NCBI GenBank assembly: GCA_977018835.1
Contig: OZ361256.1
Coordinates: 7,316,001-7,380,000 of the forward strand
Length of the DNA: 64,000 nt
Source: Minutocellus sp. GHC0000111
Lineage: Eukaryota
Reading direction: 5' to 3'
Shown in pieces: positions 59,594 to 64,000 of this stretch. Each line of letters starts with the position of its first letter. Within the stretch, counting starts at the first letter, position 1. Both the position numbers and the translations under genes were made by a program. The notes below the pieces were generated by a model. That model worked only from the letters and a program-made list of their open reading frames with translations, was not told the DNA's origin and made no database searches.

Positions 59594-62119
59594 CTACTCC
59601 TCCATGTGCGGGCCAAATCCTTGAAAAATCTCTTGCTGCTTCTCGGAAATGTCTGGGAATCTCGCGTGAAGGAGATCCTCCATTTCAGATTCATCGGGAT
59701 GGAAGCTCGAAGCATCCAGTGGATCTTTCAGATCAGGTACCCAGGGAGCTGGAAGCTCTTGCCGGCGAAGCCTTTGGAAGTCAATTGCCCCATCAGTTGC
59801 AAACCAAGGAGACTTGACAATGCTTTTCAAACCATTTCGTCCCGATCCCAGCCTCTTGGAGGGATCTGGATAGAGCAGTCCACACATGAGCATCCGGAAC
59901 TCCATCGACATGAGCCCATCGAGTTGAAATGTACCTCTGCAGATGCGCTTATACAGATTCAGTTCATCAATTCCCTTCTCATAGAAGGGATATTTGCCGG
60001 TGACAAGTCGGTACACCAAGACCGCCCACGCCCAGTAGTCACAAGAAGCATCGTATCCTTGAAATTTGATTATTTCCGGAGCTGTAAATATCGGCGAGCC
60101 ACAGAAAGTGTAGGTCTTATCTGGGACATACTTTGCGAAGCCAAAGTCAATTAGGACAGGGTATCCTCGTTCATTGATGAGCAGATTTGCCGGCTTAATG
60201 TCACGGTGAATTAGATGTCGGCGGTGCAGGAAGACCAGTGCTTCAAGTACGCCAGAAGCATAGAACTTTGCAGAACTCTCCGATAGTCCATCGTCAGGAA
60301 TTAGCGACTCCAGCTCGCCTCCTTGAACAATGGTTGTTATCATATATACCAACTCATGGTTTTGAAATGCAGATATTAGATCAAGTAAAAATGGCGAATG
60401 CAAAGACGAAAGAATGTTGCGCTCGGCGACCATGCGTTCTGCTTTTCCAGCTTCGACAATTTGGTGCTTGCTCTGAACCTTAAGCGCGACAATCTGTTTG
60501 CTTTCTTCTTCCCGATCGAGGCTAGCAAGCCAAACTTGCCCAAAACTTCCAGAGCCTAGCAGCACGTGTCGATGGATATCTGTCCATTTGGGAGCAGCAG
60601 TCTCTGTCATCGGCGAAGCCAGCCCAAGATGAGATGTATCCACGATACTTCGGCATTCCTCCAAATATAAAACGTCGATGACAGTGCGTGGGCCATGTGC
60701 CAAGGCTGCCATCGGTGAGCGGAAAACAATGTGTTTCTTGCCTCCCTTATTTTGATCTCGCAGCATATTTTGCTCTCCAAAGTAGTCGCCAGCCTCGACC
60801 AATTTCTTGTTTTCACCCTTGTTCAGCAGGAGAGTAACCAAACCTTCCCGGACAAAATACAGTGCAGGTTCAATCCTTTCCCCTGCCTTGAATATCGGTA
60901 TTGTGTTACCATCTTCTTCAGTTCCAGTGGTATACTCACATCGGTGCATCATGTTGAGCAAGGCATGGATTTGCTCCTCCCCCAACTGAGAATCATGAAA
61001 TACTGGTAGCTGCTGTAATTCTATCCGAGCGAGGCGTTTTGCAGCAATATGTTGCAAGGTAACAGCCTCGTCGGCGCCCATGATACTTTTGAATGATGCC
61101 TGGTGCAGTATCAATGCAATGCCATCAGTCTCGGCAATGACGCTGCCCCGAAATGTAGGCTCGTTACTTCCAGCAAGTAGAGATTGCCATCCAAATGAAA
61201 CCTTCGGAGCTTCTTCTCCAAATCGTTGGTCTTCGTATATTCTGTTGCCCATCGACACATCCTTTGCAACAACTCGGCCTTTCGCAACAATTACTAGAGC
61301 ACTCAGTCGGGTCTCCTTTTTCACCAATACATCGCCTTTCAAAAAGTTGAGTACCGCCGTGGTCGATGCTAGCTGCTTCAAGTCATGGTCGACGAAGTGA
61401 TCTGCAATCTCATCTGGAATGGCACGACGCAACAATTCAATGCGATCACCGAACCCTACCTCAGGAACAGGACGAAGTGCTCTCTGAAACTCAATACTTG
61501 AGAGGCAAAAGAAGGTACAATCTGAAGTGGCCTGGACAGTCTCATTATGAAGAAACTTGCTCACCAAGGCCAACTCGCCCAGTACCGTATATTTCTCTTC
61601 CTCAGCATCTGGAGCTGCCTGCTGCTCATCTTGATCTTGATCACGGCGAACAACCTCGCCCGAGTACAAGATATACAAATGCTTTGCCTCACTTCCCTTG
61701 CTGTAAATGATTTCATGGTCACGAAAACGCCTTTTGGTGAATTGATCGCACAATCGATCGAGCTCGTCCCTCGACAAGTGGGAAAAGAGAAAGTGTGAGG
61801 ACAAGCAATCGATCAATACAGAGTGTTCCAGTTCAGATTTATCTTGTTCATCAGGCGAAGATGCATGTATTTCGCCACCGGCACTGTCATTTGACGATAA
61901 TTCAAATGCAGCAGCAGGATAATGCCTCTTTGATGAAAGACGACGCATGTGAGCTGCATCGTTGTCGGCCACCGAGTCATTGGCATTCTGCACATCTGCT
62001 GATTTTCCCCACAGCAGCGGTCGACCGCATACCGGCCGTTCAGCTTTTTCTCGATTCCATTTGCTGGCCCCTAGGTCGCGACCATAGATGCTACTATCCA
62101 GCAGGGACGAGGAAGACAT
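59594..62119 (-). CDS. cGMP-dependent protein kinase-like (three cyclic-nucleotide-binding domains + AGC kinase)
   Basis: LGELAL, FGEQ CNB motifs; GSGSFGQV, VALK, HRDIKPAN, DFGFAK, TYTFCG..APE. Confidence 0.9.
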   Translation of the reverse strand: MSSSSLLDSSIYGRDLGASKWNREKAERPVCGRPLLWGKSADVQNANDSVADNDAAHMRRLSSKRHYPAAAFELSSNDSAGGEIHASSPDEQDKSELEHSVLIDCLSSHFLFSHLSRDELDRLCDQFTKRRFRDHEIIYSKGSEAKHLYILYSGEVVRRDQDQDEQQAAPDAEEEKYTVLGELALVSKFLHNETVQATSDCTFFCLSSIEFQRALRPVPEVGFGDRIELLRRAIPDEIADHFVDHDLKQLASTTAVLNFLKGDVLVKKETRLSALVIVAKGRVVAKDVSMGNRIYEDQRFGEEAPKVSFGWQSLLAGSNEPTFRGSVIAETDGIALILHQASFKSIMGADEAVTLQHIAAKRLARIELQQLPVFHDSQLGEEQIHALLNMMHRCEYTTGTEEDGNTIPIFKAGERIEPALYFVREGLVTLLLNKGENKKLVEAGDYFGEQNMLRDQNKGGKKHIVFRSPMAALAHGPRTVIDVLYLEECRSIVDTSHLGLASPMTETAAPKWTDIHRHVLLGSGSFGQVWLASLDREEESKQIVALKVQSKHQIVEAGKAERMVAERNILSSLHSPFLLDLISAFQNHELVYMITTIVQGGELESLIPDDGLSESSAKFYASGVLEALVFLHRRHLIHRDIKPANLLINERGYPVLIDFGFAKYVPDKTYTFCGSPIFTAPEIIKFQGYDASCDYWAWAVLVYRLVTGKYPFYEKGIDELNLYKRICRGTFQLDGLMSMEFRMLMCGLLYPDPSKRLGSGRNGLKSIVKSPWFATDGAIDFQRLRRQELPAPWVPDLKDPLDASSFHPDESEMEDLLHARFPDISEKQQEIFQGFGPHMEE

Positions 62120-62541
62120 GCTCCTCGCTACTGTGGTGTAGGCCTACCCTTCGCTGCCAACAGGCCGACAGTCGAACAGGAGAGTTGGCGAAAGTCTGTG
62201 GTCTGTGGCTGTGGCGCAGTGGCGCCGCAGGATCGGATCGATCCGATCGGCATGGCGGATTGCGCCACCGCCATGATGCGAACCTCAAAAACTCAAAACC
62301 GCACCGACACGTCAGTCAGACCGGCCGCGCGCCGACCAGCCACACGGCTGACACGGCCGCGCCGGTGAGATCGAGTGAGAAGGCGAGAATGGCAGTCAGG
62401 AGCCCGAGCTGATCGACCAGACACTAGCTGCTCTGCCTGAAAAACACACTCATATTGCATCAAAGAGTACCCCAACGCATCGCTTGCAATCTATTTGAAG
62501 TTCACTCGAACGCGACCCCATTGAAAAAGTACAAACGAAGA

Positions 62542-63063
62542 ATGGCACCTGCGAAAATGGAGGATCAACTAACTTTGGTTGGGAGGACGTTGGAAGATGA
62601 GAGTAGCAGAAAGCGGGAGGAGATCGAGGCAAGGCATGCGCGGGAACTCAGAGAGCTTCTCCGAGCACAAGCAAAAGAATTGAAGGAATTTGTGATATCT
62701 GCCCAAGAGAAGAAGGAAACAAAATTGAACGATGTCAAAGCAAAGTTTCAAGGAGAGAAAGTAGAAAACACCACAATACAACAAGAGGAGAAGGTAGAGA
62801 AGAAAGGTCGTGGGAAGATCAATTCCTGCCCAGCATGCAATGAAGTTCCTTGTTACACAAATAATGCGCAACGTAGACCTTGTGAATGTTGTGACGATGT
62901 TGATAATCCTTCGAGTTTATGTGATGGATGTGCTGATAAGATGAATCTAAAAGCGGCATTGTGCGGCAATTGGACTTGCAATGCTTGTCATGAAAGACAT
63001 GTCCAAGGCTGCAGATTATGTGAGGCTGACGAGGGCGAAGGTTGGTTTATGGGGAATCAATAA
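62542..63063 (+). CDS. Small coiled-coil + Cys-rich (multiple CxxC) protein
   Basis: CPAC, CECC, CDGC, CNAC, CRLC. Confidence 0.55.
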   Translation: MAPAKMEDQLTLVGRTLEDESSRKREEIEARHARELRELLRAQAKELKEFVISAQEKKETKLNDVKAKFQGEKVENTTIQQEEKVEKKGRGKINSCPACNEVPCYTNNAQRRPCECCDDVDNPSSLCDGCADKMNLKAALCGNWTCNACHERHVQGCRLCEADEGEGWFMGNQ

Positions 63064-63099
63064 TCAAGCAAGTATAAGCAACATTTTGCCATCAATATT

Positions 63100-64000
63100 T
63101 TAATTTGCTACCGCCTCCTCACTAATTTGTCGGAGCTTCTCCTCCTGATCCTTGGCAATCATGGCATCGATAATCGGTCCAATATCGGCACTCAAGAACT
63201 GATTCAAGGGAAAGTTCTGTCCCAACCTGTGATCAGTACATCGGCTATCCTTCCAGTTGTACGTACGAATCTTCTCCAACCGGCCGCCGGTACCAACCTG
63301 CTCTCCTCTTCGTTCTCTCTCTTCCATCTCCCGCTTTTCGTTCTCGATATCATACAGTTTCGACATGAGCATCTTCATGGCCAGCTCCTTGTTCTTGAGC
63401 TGCGATCGTTCCTGCGTACACTTGATGCGAATTCCTGTGGGCTTGTGCAGCAGATCCACAGCGGTCTCGACCTTGTTCACGTTCTGTCCACCGGCACCAC
63501 CGGATCGCATGGTCGACAGCTCAATGTCCTTGGGATCAATCTTCACATCCACCTCGTCACATTCCGGCATGATGGCAACCGTGGCGGTGGAGGTATGGAC
63601 ACGTCCCTGAGTTTCGGTAGCTGGCACGCGCTGCACGCGGTGAACACCGGCCTCCCACTTGAGCTTGGAATAGACCGAATCACCCTTGACCTCCAGGACA
63701 ACATTCTTGTACCCGCCGTCGTCGCCCCTCGACTCGTCCATCATGCCACCCCTCGGTCTGGATGAATTTGCGGTACACATCGAGCAAATCGCCCGCGAAT
63801 ATGCTGGCCTCGGACCCACCGGTGCCGGCCCGAATCTCCAGCATGACGTTGCGATCGTCGTTGGGGTCCTTGGGCAGGAGGAGGATGGTAATCCTCTGCT
63901 CCAGCTCCTCCATCTTGGGCTCGATCTCCTTGATCTCCTCCCGGGCCATCTCCTTCATGTCGGGGTCGTCGCCGGCCTCCTGGAACAGCTCCTTGGCACC
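63100..64000 (-). pseudogene. prfA: Organellar peptide chain release factor 1, partial (runs off window), frameshifted near 63748
   Basis: [34 protein letters not shown] (PAT motif), [20 protein letters not shown]. Confidence 0.9.

Noticed and set aside
63735..63760. Programmed frameshift in the release factor, as in bacterial prfB
   Set aside because: This is RF1 (PAT motif), there is no CTT-TGA slippery site, and residues appear to be deleted.

Overview
Gene-dense eukaryotic nuclear DNA with short GT-AG introns, roughly balanced GC and a signal-peptide+AF plastid-targeting motif; most consistent with a diatom or related stramenopile (inference). About 30 protein genes are visible: PEX1, an FG-GAP/ASPIC-UnbV protein, SET, histidine phosphatase, TCP11, ODA-DC2-like, a head-to-head TDH-KBL threonine-catabolism pair, START, PRP6, seipin, EF-hand, MAK11, GT64, DGAT2-like, PHD/ELM2-SANT, COQ5, a 4-Cys Rieske-like protein, RPS11, a truncated globin, a TRP channel, a PKG-like kinase and prfA. 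Two decayed TA-targeting Tc1/mariner elements (DD38D and DD39D) sit back to back at 12092-17228. Three unexplained patterns stand out. (1) Intergenic chains of TA-punctuated short palindromes look like stacked transposon excision footprints. (2) Patchy TpA->CpA/TpG (A->G in TA context) substitution affects the transposons, one target-site duplication, the footprint chains and the globin gene, suggesting a RIP-like mutagenic process of opposite polarity. (3) About a third of host genes, including normally essential ones, carry nonsense, frameshift or deletion lesions, suggesting a degenerating redundant haplotype or assembly error. All family calls come from motif recognition by eye; no searches were run.
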